A DNA stretch of 64,000 nt from Heterodontus francisci (lineage: Eukaryota), in NCBI RefSeq assembly GCF_036365525.1, contig NC_090404.1, positions 13,420,550 to 13,484,549 of the forward strand, in the 5' to 3' direction. Shown here piece by piece: positions 35,310-47,515 of the stretch (within the stretch, counting starts at the first letter, position 1; each line of letters opens with the position of its first letter). The position numbers were made by a program, and so were the translations under genes. The notes beneath the pieces are model-generated. The model was not told the DNA's origin. It did no database searches and was given only the letters and a program-made list of their open reading frames with translations.

Positions 35310-37450
35310 TATAAAATAATAGAAATGATAGCAGAGAAGGAGACCATTCGGTCCATCAGGCCTGTGAAAGTTCACTCCAGCAATCCCGCTGACCTTCCAA
35401 TTTCTAATCTTCTTTTCAAAAGTTCCATTTTATCCAGCTATTTTGGATTCTGCTTACAGCCCTCTTTCTGTTAGGAGAATCCCAGATCCTAACAACCCCA
35501 TGTGTAGAAAAGTAGATCCATACCCTCTTCCTTCATTCTTTTGACGCTGATTTTAAATCAGTGCCCTCTACAGACCATCTCACTGATCTGGGCAAATTGG
35601 TTTTATACAGAAATTCAGAAATCATTCATTATTCAAAACACCTCTACCAGGCTTCATTTTAATCTTCTATGTCCCCATAACAATAAAGTTTTTTTTACAA
35701 TAAATAATTGAAGTCTCCTTTAAAATATTAGTACCCAGATTTCAAAGTGGAATTTTTACACTACCTAGTTTCTGGAATTAAAGTTTTAGATGACACTGCA
35801 TTGATTCTAGGCTATCACTTTCCTTCTCAGTACTTGAGGATTGTGATTTGTGTTCTATCTTAGTCTCCTGAATGGATCTCTCCAGAGTTTGCTTCGCCCT
35901 GCAACTCAACTAAACCCGATTCCTAAAATCGGTCATCTGGAACGATGTTCTTGAAATGCTCCATTTAATTTTCCAAAGTATCTTCCCACCTCTCACCAGT
36001 GAGAACTGGTGTTGCTGACTGTGTCGTTACAGACACCTCTTCTTGCTGCTTGCACCGACCATAATGCGACCATCAAGACAGGTTTATTTTATAATTCTCT
36101 GATATTGACATCACTTACACATTATACATTGAGTGAATATCAGTAGGCTCCATGCAAGGAAGGACAAAAGTTCCTGAAGTGTTATTGCTGACATGGTCAT
36201 CTCTCACTTCTGGTTTGTGTGGACAACTCGAACACCTGCGGTTTATTGGTCAGATATTGAAAGCTCTGTCACCAATATGATGGAAAAGAGATGGTCGATG
36301 TTGGTGCAAAAGTCGGACATCTGGGCTTTCAAATGGCATTAGATAACATACCACATAAGAGAACATTCGGAAAATAGAAGCACATGGATTAAAGGGATGA
36401 TGGTAACCTGCTAAGGTACAGGAAGCTGAGAGAGACGGTGAACCAATGATTTTCTGACTGGGATGAATTAAGCATTGTGATCCCCCTTGGTCGGTCGTAG
36501 GGTCACTGCTTTTTTTGTCAAACATAATGAGGTGGACTTGGGTGTGGGGAGTAGAATTTAGTAGTTCGAGGATGATACAAAACAAATAGTGAGCAGAATA
36601 GTGACAGGGTTCAGGAGGACATAAACAGACTGGTGAAATGTTCAGGGACAGAGCAGATGTAATTTAATGCAGATAAGTGTGAAGTGCAATCTAAAGTTAA
36701 TGTAATCTAAATGGTACTATTTTATAGGGGGTAGAAAGTACAGGGCCCTGAGGTGCATATTCACAATGTTTCGAAGGTGGTTAAGAAAGCAAATGTAATA
36801 CTTGGTCTTGTGAAATGGAGAACTGAATACAAAAAACAAGGAAGTCATATTAAAGCTTTACAACTCGCTGATTAGGCTGAAGTATTTTTGCACAAATCTG
36901 GCCATTACACTTTCGGGAGGATGTCAAGGCCTTGGGGAGAGTGCAGAGGGAGTTGACCAGGATGATCTCAGGAATGAGGGAGTTCAGTTGTGTAGAGAAA
37001 TTATACAAGCCGAATTGTTCTCCTCAGGTGGTTACCGAATAGGTATATTTAGAATTATGGGATATTTTGATATAGCAGATAAGGAGACACTATTTTCCCT
37101 GGCAAGTGTGTCAGTAACAAAATAAATAATTGTCAAAAAAAAAAATGGAGTGGGGCCGGGTGGTGGCTGCAGAAGGAGGGTTCTTTCCAGACAGAGGGTG
37201 CTTTTCATTGAACTATAGAATTGCTACAGCACAAAAAGCGGCTATTCGACCCATCGTGTCCGTGCAGGCTCTCTGCAAGCGCATCTGGAATGCACAAGGC
37301 AACCGGACATGTCCTCGTAGGGGACTAATTTGCATGGTTATGTCGAAAAAGCTGGCTTGTAGGATTAAATTGAAGAGCTCTTTGAGAGATAACACAGGCA
37401 TGTCGGGCCGAATGGCCACATTCCGTGCTAGAAGATTCTTTGATTCTACC
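35310..37450. mobile_element. old CR1 relics in the JH-Cmu1 intron
   Basis: Degenerate similarity to CR1 RT and 3' UTR (36300-37200 on the plus strand). Confidence 0.55.
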
Positions 37451-40400
37451 CGACTCAGTAGAATTAGTTCTTACAAATGTAATGGGAGGAAAGGCTTGAT
37501 AAATTTGAACATCTCTGACATATATTTTTATTGTTTGTTATAATGAAAGAGGATTTTTTAAATTAGAGGATCTGAAGGATTTAATACAAATGAGTCAATC
37601 AGATACTGTCAGAGACTTAAAGCTTATTGTGATTGATATTGATTGTAGGCTAACTGTCTCTCTTCAAAAGTTTCACAGAAGCTTACTTCAGTGGCTTTGT
37701 GTTCTCAGCTGTGACCCAGTCCAATGACTGCATCTCACCAGAGTTTATCACTGCCTGTTACCTTTTGAAAATACTTGAACGACATAATGATTTCACACAT
37801 GCAATTATCATGATGGTTATTGGGAGTGGAGTATCGACTTTCTCAATTTAAAGCGCCAATAGAACTTCCACCCTTCCATCAGATCAGAACAGACGCTGCT
37901 CTCTGGAGCGTTATAGTCACTTCCTGAAACTGTTTGCTTTGAAAGTGCATTCAAGATCAGGACAATCTCATTCAATGATTATCTGATGCTTAACATGTTT
38001 AAATATTATTAATTCATTAAAGCTTGGGCTTGAGTGCATGTTAAACTCAATCAATGTGTGTTGTTTCATCTGGGCAATGAAACAATTTATTTTCATACCT
38101 CTGGGTCGAGAACTCACAGCTTATTAGTTAGATGCAGATTAAGGTTCCTTGAACACTGCGGGGAAAACATTCTCGGGTCAGGTACAGGACAGTTAAGCTG
38201 TAAAGTAAAGATGCCCCTGTACGGCGCTATCATGTACTGTAAGGTCAGATATTGCAAGTGTTATATTCCATGGAAAGCCACCTCTAGATTTCAATGTCAC
38301 TCTGGGTCAGGTACAGCACTGGTTTGATATACACTGTCCCAGGACAGTAAAAGCATGGATTAAATAAACAGTGAAGTTTTCTCTACATTGCTCAATGTAA
38401 CACTCCCAAGGGAGTTACATTACTGATTACAAACTGACCAAAGCTCCTTCTACATTCTGTCTGTCCTGTCTCTGAACTGTTATTTCTGATTGCCACAGAC
38501 TGGAATATTGATCTCATCGCTGAGGCGCCTCATTAAACTTAAAGTGAAAATTTCACTTTTCTCACAGATGCAAGCTTCTTAAATAAATGGATCAAACTGC
38601 ACTCCTTGAAATACAGGAGAACAAACCAGAAGATTTACAACTAGTCGGGAGGTTTCCTGGTCCCGACACAGCGAGCAGAAACAGAACAGGCACAAAGGGG
38701 GTAACAATGGGGCTCCCAACAGATAAATCTGTTCAATCTGTCAACTGCAATGAAGATGTTTGATTCTAATTTATTAATTGTCAAATTGCGACCAATCTAA
38801 GTCTGTAAGCTCTTCAAAATTAGACTGATATTCATTTCTAAAACTCCATTCGACTTCCAACCGTTTCTCTCAGTATGTTTGCAATCTTAAAAACATGTAA
38901 GATATCGTTTCCCTTAAAATAAATACATCAAAACAATTCACATTCAGGGGAATGTGATGTCCGTGACCGGAACTCAGTGACAGAGTAAGAAATTAGCAAA
39001 TCAGGAGACATTTATCCTGCAAACCGATTACCAACTGGTTAGATACAATTTCAAAATTACATTTTACCAAAAAAAAAATTGAAGCAATACACAAAGTTAA
39101 TTCATTAAAATCTACGGTGACACTTTATCGAGCTGAGAACAGTTGAGTAAGAAATATATTGTTCTCTAAATTATTGTTAGACACAATTCAAAATTCTCTT
39201 TGACCCGTGAGATTTTGCACTCATTGGAATCCTGGCAAGTATACTACTCAATTGTGGGAGGTCATTTATGTTTAATGAATTAGCACCATTATGTTCTTGG
39301 TTAATTTTCATGTTAGCTGATTTTATACTGTATTTTTAAACCTACATTAATATTAATTCAAGACCAGTTTCTGCCTGGCACCTTGTGAAACAATGGGGTT
39401 TTAATTAAATTATTCTGACAATTAATCAATGTTAACTAATAAACGTCATATTAACAGATGAAAACATTCAGACAAATATATTACTTTTACTTAAATCAGG
39501 GCGGGACGAGAATTTATTGTTCATTTTAAATTATTGAACTGTGATTCGATTTAAGTTCTTCTTCTTCGGCCTCCTTGTCGCTCAATGCTCGCTATTCTCA
39601 AAGAGTATTTCACACGATGGATTTAAGAGTGGAATATTTTAAGTAGTTCCAAGCCTGGCCGGGATCACATCTCACTAACTGGCCATGGGCTATAATATCG
39701 TCTGTTTGTGATATCAGGACTCTCGGTGTTTAAATATTGTCATAAATCTTAACTATTTAAGAAAAAAATCAAAAACATCAGGGCCGTTTGCGATCAGTAA
39801 CTGTGCTGCCGCTATTTAATCACACAATGTTTTTATATTTCACTCCCGTAAATCACACAATCCCTGTAAATTAATTGTTAAATATATTGTGTTTTCTATT
39901 GAAAGAAGCTCCAAAATGATCACTGTAAATTTGGACGAGAATAATTACTATCTGCGACATGTGAAACTTAATGAGCAACTGTAGCCAATATATTGTTGAT
40001 CAATTTAATATTTAATAAGCATTGAGTATACCTTTCAGGTATAATCTGTTCTTTGTCTATAATTCTATCCTGTGTGTCGCACAGTTATGAGAGACAGAAT
40101 GCTGTTATTGAATTCAAAACTCACATTAACCTTTTGTAATTAATTGAATCTGCTTGAATTTCAAGGTGTTATTGCACTGTCTCTCGCCTTACACAGTCTG
40201 CAAGTTTCTTCAATTTAAATAAAACCATATGAACAATTCTTTGACTACCAGCGACTTCTTGTATCAGGAAAATGGTTAATATTAGGTTAATGATAATTAT
40301 CTCGCAATCCATCAACAAATGACATTGAAAGAAGAACATGGTTTGGGCTGCACGCAAAGAATGTAATAACCAGACAGATATATTACACTGAAAAACTGAA

Positions 40401-40914
40401 ATTTACAACTCCTATTTAAGTTATAAGTAAATACAAGCTTTCATTCACTTGTTTTAATCAGGAATATAGCTATTAATTCAAAAGCACTGATCAAACTGAA
40501 CTGAGCACTGGAATAAATGCCCTCTTATTGAAATAACTTCAAGCATAATTAAAATTTGTCTCCAGCCAATGAAATTTTCTGGTCACAATAATTGTGCACA
40601 TGGCACACCAGAATTGTAAAAGGCGATTAATGAATAATGAATTGATATTAATATTAAAGCATATTTGTTTCAAATCTGGAGATATTGCCGCACTAGAATT
40701 CTTTGAATTATATTAACTTTACTCTCCAATCTGCAAACTCGCTAATTATGCAGTTCGTAATTGCAGTAATATTTCACGTACTGAATGAGTGGCACAAACC
40801 ACAGCTTAATAAATTAATCTGCAATTCAATTTTCAATTTTAAAAATGCCTTAAAATATCTTTAAATTGTTTTTTTTCTCATTTCTGAAAGCTGCCAGTTT
40901 TCCATCTACAATCG

Positions 40915-41895
40915 TCTTTCAAACAGTTTTGAACACGTAGAATGTTTCCATTCGATCAGAAAACCTGGAGCCACTCGATGTCACCGAGATTAAACAAAGC
41001 AGAAACGCCAGTTTCACAAATTTTACTTATTCAAAGTAACATAGACACACACTCTCCACAGCAGATAAACACCAAATCACATCACTGAGGAACTGAATCC
41101 TGCCTCAGTACATTTAATGGAGAAACAGCTTAATTCTACAAACACTTTCAGCAGAATCAAATGTAACATTGCAAAAAAAAACTCAACACAGAATCCATCG
41201 AGCCCGCCTATCTCTGAACGAACTAATCGTTAAAATAACCAGAAATATAAGATCGTGGTAGCAGAATTGTTAGTACAGAGAGTATGCTTAACAAATTAAT
41301 ATTGATACTGGAGCATATTTCATATATATTGGCTGATATCACTGCATTATAATAAGTGAGGTTATGTTAATGTAAATCTGACCAAAGCTGCAAATTTGTT
41401 ATTTGTGTCGTTCTTAATTACATCAAAATTTATTGTATTACGTATGAGCATTCGTGAGCAGTAGATTGATAGATGGCAATTTAGTTACCACAAATAAAAA
41501 TAGATCAAAATATCATAAGGCTATTTTTGACCGCTGAAGCTTTCTGCATACAATCTTATTTCAAACACATTTAAACACTTATTGTTTGCATTAGATCAGA
41601 AAACCTGCAGCAACTGGATGTCATCAAGGTTAAACATTATAGAAACGTGAAACAGTTTAACAACAGTTAGATATTTAAAGTATCCCAGACACACAGTCTC
41701 AACAGCAAATAAACACGAAATCACATCAGTCAGGGGCCGAAACGCTCAACATTACCGTCTGTGGAGATGTCATTAAATTCTTTAATGCCTTTACAGCAAA
41801 ATCACGTGAAACATTGCAACAAATCTCAATACAGAATCCACCGAATCCACATTTCAGTGAACAAATGTATCATTAAAATAAACAGAATTATAAAA
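40915..41895. repeat. diverged ~330-bp direct duplication (40915-41252 and 41560-41892)
   Basis: Shared ordered blocks gatcagaaaacctg, agacacaca, aaatcacatca, aacattgcaa, acagaatcca, ttaaaataa. Confidence 0.8.
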
Positions 41896-41941
41896 TAAAA
41901 ACACAAATAAATCAGTTACTGAATAAGTGCCTGTTTCTTAC

Positions 41942-41989
41942 CTGCAGTCACCGTCACCATGGTCCCTTGCCCCCAGTTGCCAAGATAGT
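41942..41989 (-). CDS. IGHJ: IgH J segment
   Basis: YLGNWGQGTMVTVTA then GTAAG donor. Confidence 0.95.
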
Positions 41990-42028
41990 CACGGTGTTAT
42001 ATTCCCTGGGCTGGGTCACACAATAACC
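41990..42028 (-). other. JH 23-RSS
   Basis: Read on the plus strand: CACGGTG, 23 bp, ACAATAACC. Confidence 0.92.
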
Positions 42029-42366
42029 GGCTCTGCACAGAACAGAGAGAAATCCTTCATTATTTTAAATATCCACAGCCCAGAGGCAAAATAAAATGAT
42101 GATGGTTTTTCGGAAAATTATAACTGTGTTCATGATTCTTTTCACTCTTTATAAATTTCCCTGATGTTTTATATTTCACACAGTAACATGTCAGCAATTA
42201 TTGAAATCACCAACTGATGAATGAATAATTAATCAGTTTATCCATAATTAACCGTGCTAGGAGGACAGTGCTGGACACAAATAGTGTTTCACTGTATATA
42301 CAGTTGGATTGTAAAGCGAGCACTGACGCAGACTCATCAATTAGCGCTGAGTGACTTTTTGTATTG

Positions 42367-45300
42367 TTGGATACTGTTGAGGGAGATGGTTCACCAGGGG
42401 AAGGCAGCAAGAGCCAGGTTCATGGCACCGTGGCTGGCTCTGCTGTTCAGAAGGGCGGCAAAAAGAGTGGAAGGGCTCCAGTCATAGGGGATTCGATTGT
42501 AAGGGGAGTAGATAGGCGGTTCTGTGGTCGAAAACGAGACTCCCGAATGGTATGTTGCCTCCCAGGTGCACGGGTCAGGGATGTCTCAGATCGGCTGCAG
42601 AACATTCTGAAGGGGGAGGGTGAACAGCCAGTTGTTGTTGTGCACATAGGCACCAATGATATAGGTAAAAAACGGGATGAGGTCCTACAAGCAGAATTTG
42701 GGGAGTTAGGAGCCTAGGTTAAAAAGTAGGACCTCAGAGGTAGTAATCTCAGGATTGCTACCAGTGCCACGTGATAGTCAGAGTAGAAATGAAAGAATAG
42801 TCAGGATGGATGCATGGCTTGAGAGATGGTGCAGGAGGGAGGGGTTCAGATTTTTGGGACATTGGGACCAGTTCTGGGGGAGGTGGGACTATTACAAATT
42901 GGACGGTCTACACATGGGCCGGACTGGAACCAATGTCCTTGAAGGTGCTTTTGCTAACGCTGTTGGGGAGGGTTTAAACTAATGTGGCAGGGGGTTGGGA
43001 ACCAAATGAGGAGGTCAGTGGAGGTAGTAACTAAAGCCTGTAAGGAACTAGATAATGAAGTCAGCGTGACTAAGGGAAAGAGTAGGCAGGGAGCAGATGA
43101 TGAAAGCAAAGGGACTGGTGGTCTGAGGTGCATTTGTTTTAATGCAAGAAGTGTAGTAGGTAAGGCAGACGAACTTAGGGCTTGGATTAGTACCTGGGAG
43201 AATGATGTTAATGCTATTACTGAGACTTGGTTAAGGGAAGGGCATGATTGGCAACTAAATATCCCAGGATATCGATGCTTCAGGCGGGATAGAGAGGGAG
43301 GTAAAAGGGGTGGAGGAGTTGCATTACTGGTCAAAGAGGATATCACAGCTGTGCTGAAGGAAGGCACTATGGAGGACTCGAGCTGTGAGGCAATATGGGC
43401 AGAACTGAAGGGTGCGGTAACAATGTTGGGGCTGTACTACAGCCTCCCAACAGCGAGCGCGAGATAGAGGTACAAATATGTAAACAGATTATGGAAAGAT
43501 GTAGGAACAACAGGGTGGTGGTGATAGGAGATTTTAATTTTCCCAACATTGACTGGGATTCACTTAGTGTTAGAGGTCTAGATGGAGCAGAATTTGTAAG
43601 GAGCATCCAGGAGGGTTTTCTAGAGCAGTATGTAAATAGTCCAACTCGGGAAGGGGCCATACTGGACCTGGTGTTGGGGAATGAGCCCGGCCAGGTGGTT
43701 GAAGTTTCAGTAGGGGACTACTTTGGGAATAGTGATCACAATTCCGTAAGTTTTAGAATACTCATGGACAAAGATGAGAGCGGTCCTAAAGGAAGAGTGC
43801 TAAATTGGGGGAAGGCCAACTATACCAAAATTCGGCAGGAGCTGGGGAATGTAGATTGGGAGCAGCTGTTTGAAGGTAAATCCACATTTGATATGTGGGA
43901 GGCTTTTAAAGAGAGGTTGATTAGCGTGCAGGAGAGACATGTTACAGTGAAAATGAGGAATAGAAATGGCAAGATTAGGGAACCATGGATGACAGGTGAA
44001 ATTGTGAGACTAGCTAAGAGGAAAAAGGAAGCATACATAAGGTCTAGGCGGCTGAAGAAAGACGAAGCTTTGGAAGAATATCGGGAATGTAGGACCAATC
44101 TGAAATGAGGAATTAAGAGGGCTAAAAGGGGTCATGAAATATCTTTAGCAAACAGGGTTAAGGAAAATCCCAAAGCCTTTTATTCATATGTAAGGAGCAA
44201 GAGGGTAACTAGAGAAAGGATTGGCCCACTCAAGGATAAAGGAGGAAAGTTATGCGTGGAGTCAGAGAAAATGGGTGAGATTCTAAACGAGTACTTTGCA
44301 TCGATATTCACCGAGGAGAGGGACATGACGGATGTTGAGGTTAGGGACAGATGTTTGATTACTCTAGGTCAAGTCGGCATAAGGAGGGAGGAAGTGTTGG
44401 GTATTCTAAAAGGCATTAAGGTGGACAAGTCCCCAGGTCCGGATGGGATCTATCCCAGGTTACTGAGGGAAGCGAGAGAGGAAATAGCTGGGGCCTTAAC
44501 AGATATCCTTGCAGCATCCTTAAACACGGGTGAGGTCCCGGAGGACTGGAGAATTGCTAATGTTGTCCCCTTGTTTAGGAAGGGTAGCAGGGATAATCCA
44601 GGTAATTATAGACCGGTGAGCCTGACGTCAGTGGTAGGGAAGCTGCTGGAGAAGATACTGAGGGATAGGATCTATTCCCATTTGGAAGAAAATGGGCTTA
44701 TCAGTGATAGGCAACATGGTTTTGTGCAGGGAAGGTCATGTCTTACCAACTTAATAGAATTCTTTGAGGAAGTGACAAAGTTGATTGATGAGGGAAGTGC
44801 TGTAGATGTCATATACATGGACTTCAGTAAGGCGTTTGATAAGGTTCCCCATGGTAGGCTGATGGAGAAAGTGAAGTCGCATGGGATCCAGGGTGTACTA
44901 GCTAGATGGATAAAGAACTGGCTGGGCAACAGGAGACAGAGAGTAGCAGTGGAAGGGAGTTTCTCAAAATGGAGACGTGTGACCAGTGGTGTTCCACAGG
45001 AATCCGTGCTGGGACCACTGTTGTTTGTGATATACATAAATGATTTGGAGGAAAGTATAGGTGGTCTGATTAGCAAGTTTGCAGACGACACTAAGATTGG
45101 TGGAGTAGCAGATAGTGAAGGGGACTGTCAGAGAATACAGCAGAATATAGATAGATTGGAGAGTTGGGCAGAGAAATGGCAGATGGAGTTCAATCAGGGC
45201 AAATGCGAGGTGATGCATTTTGGAAGATCCAATTCAAGAGTGAACTATACAGTAAATGGAAAAGTCCTGGGGAAAATTGATGTACAGAGAGATTTGGGTG

Positions 45301-46004
45301 TTCAGGTCCATTGTTCCCTGAAGGTGGCAACGCAGGTAAATAGAGTGGTCAAGAAGGCATACGGCATGCTTTCCTTCATCGGACGGGGTATTGAGTACAA
45401 GAGTTGGCAGGTCATGTTACAGTTGTATAGGACCTTGGTTCGGCCACATTTGGAATACTGCGTGCAGTTCTAGTCGCCACATTACCAAAAGGATGTGGAT
45501 GCTTTGGAGAGGGTGCAGAGGAGGTTCGCCAGGATGTTGCCTGGTATGGAGGGCGCTAGCTATGACGAGAGGTTGAGTAGATTAGGATTATTTTCATTAG
45601 AAAGGCGGAGGTTGAGGGGGGACCTGATTGAGGTGTACAAAATCATGAGAGGTATAGACAGGGTGGATAGCAAGAAGCTTTTTCCCAGAGTGGGGGATTC
45701 AAATACTAGGGGTCACGAGTTCAAAGTGAGAGGGGAAAAGTTTAGGGGGATATGCGTGGAAAGTTCTTTACGCAGAGGGTGGTGGGTGCTTGGAACGCGT
45801 TGCCAGCGGAGGTGGTAGATACGAACACGATAGCGTCTTTTAAGATGTATCTAGACAGATACATGAATGGGCAGGAAGCAAAGAGATACAGACCCTTAGA
45901 AAATAGGCGACATGTTTCGGTAGAGGATCTGGATCGGCGCAGGCTTGGAGGGCCGAAGGGCCTGTTCCTGTGCTGTAATTTTCTTTGTTCTTTGTTCTTT
46001 GTTC
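42367..46004 (+). mobile_element. young 5'-truncated CR1 LINE (SGNH ORF1, APE, RT) between D2 and JH
   Basis: VIGDSIVRG..VVHIGTNDIG; CFNARS..ITETW; 405-aa RT ORF at 44256-45473; few disablements; (TTCTTTG)n tail; TTTGTATTG at both ends (42358-42366, 46005-46013). Confidence 0.95.
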
Positions 46005-46065
46005 TTTGTATTGACAGTAACTGCTGTGCCACCCCAGCACAGTGAGACAAACCGTGTCAAATACT
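46001..46065 (-). other. IgH D2 segment (core 46029-46037, CTGGGGTGG) with 12/12 RSSs
   Basis: 5' RSS read outward CACAGTG-12-TCAAATACT; 3' RSS CACAGCA-12-ACAAAGAAC, with the nonamer partly supplied by the CR1 tail. Confidence 0.9.
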
Positions 46066-46372
46066 GCGGCGCACTGTTAACTGTAAAATACAGAGATTAA
46101 ATTCCACAGCATTCTCAAAAACCTGATTCCGACTGCCCTAAGAGTGCAGCAGTGAGATAATTCCGTTAGTACGGGTCATTATATTTATAAAGGGGATTGG
46201 AACACTTCTGAAACATCTGTCCTGCTTTCACGTGACAGTTAACGTTAATAAAGCAGGAAACTTTTGTCCATTTTTACAAATCCATATCACGTTTCCCCAT
46301 TGTTTCTATCTTCTCCTCATTTTTTTCGACCTCTCTGCAGTGATAGTGATCACAGGTTTGAGCAAACTCCCA

Positions 46373-46453
46373 GGTTCTTGTATGAGGAACTCGCTCTGTA
46401 CAGTACCGTGACCCACTGCTGTGTCCACAGTGACACGAACCAGCATAAATACT
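46373..46453 (-). other. IgH D1 segment (core 46411-46425, GACACAGCAGTGGGT) with 12/22 RSSs
   Basis: 5' RSS CACAGTG-12-ATAAATACT; 3' RSS CACGGTA-22-ACAAGAACC. Confidence 0.92.
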
Positions 46454-46813
46454 ACACTCACTCTGTTCAGTACTGCCTCTCAACATTCACTTCAAATAGA
46501 AATTCATTTCAGATCTTGTTCAAAATATATGTAAAAGTTCACACCACCCAGTAAGAAGTAAACACAACTCCAAGTAACTCCCTACAGTTATCAGTCACGT
46601 TGAAACTAGTATCTTATCCAGGTCTGCAATTGCTGACACTGTTAACAAATCAGCATAGCCAAAATTACTCATCAGTATATCAGGCAGTGTCAACCACTGA
46701 ACTTTCACTGTGTTAGTTTTGTAAGAAACGGTATATGGTCTGGTTCTGAACACTGCCGTTAATATTACATTTAATACAATTACTGATGGGATTTGTAGAA
46801 TTCCCTCTCCATC

Positions 46814-46852
46814 TGTTCTTGTACGGGTCCAGCCCTGGTTCCTCTCGCTGTG
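46814..46852 (-). other. VH 23-RSS
   Basis: CACAGCG, 23 bp, ACAAGAACA. Confidence 0.92.
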
Positions 46853-47329
46853 GTATCTTGCACAGTAATACATGGCGGTGTCTTCAGTCTTCAGGTCCTT
46901 CATGTCCAAAGCGAAGATGTTGTTTGAAGTGTCTTTGGACGCAGTAAATCGATCCTTAATCCCTGGGGCGTAGTTATTACTTGATGAACTGAGGTACTCA
47001 AGCAGCCACTCCAGCCCCTGCCCGGGAACCTGTCAGACCCAGTTCATCCAGTCACTGCCAAGACTGAACCCGCTGGTTTTACAGGTCAGTCTCAGGGAGG
47101 CTCCGGGTTTCCCGGTCTCTGCCTCCGGCTGAGTCAACACGATATCCGACTGGACACCTGTAAAAAATATCAAAAACCCCGAGGATTAATCCTGGTGAAA
47201 TGATTCCTGACTCTGTAACATTCCAGAGAGAGACTAACACTGAGACAGTAACAGTGAGAGACTCGAACAATAAAACTACTCACTGGATAAGAAAACCAGT
47301 AACAGACAGAGAGAAATCGCTGACCTCAT
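46853..47329 (-). pseudogene. IGHV: IgM VH segment with one nonsense codon; leader exon 47284-47329, V exon 46853-47157
   Basis: MRSAISLCLLLVFLS; [79 protein letters not shown]; TGA at 47033-47035. Confidence 0.95.
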
Positions 47330-47418
47330 CCTTCCGGCAATTCGGGGAAAATGGTTCTGGCAAGAACTCACTGAGCAGACCCGCTCCCGGACTGTTGTAT
47401 TGCGGTCCTGGTGACCGG

Positions 47419-47515
47419 TATTTAAATACCCGGCAGAAGGGGGCGAGGTTGTAGGCGCCGCCTATTGATTCCCCGATAGAGGCGGTGACTGGATCCACGT
47501 CCCACCTTCCACATC
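47419..47515 (-). promoter_or_regulatory. VH promoter region
   Basis: TATTTAAATA at 47419-47428, a GC-rich tract, and an ACGT-core CRE-like site at ~47496; no ATGCAAAT octamer seen. Confidence 0.55.

Noticed and set aside
37328-37335. ATTTGCAT octamer in the JH-Cmu intron
   Set aside because: Lies among decayed retroelement sequence; a single 8-mer is insufficient to call an enhancer
46417-46423. Internal CACAGCA heptamer within the D1 core (minus strand)
   Set aside because: No nonamer at 12 or 23 bp from it
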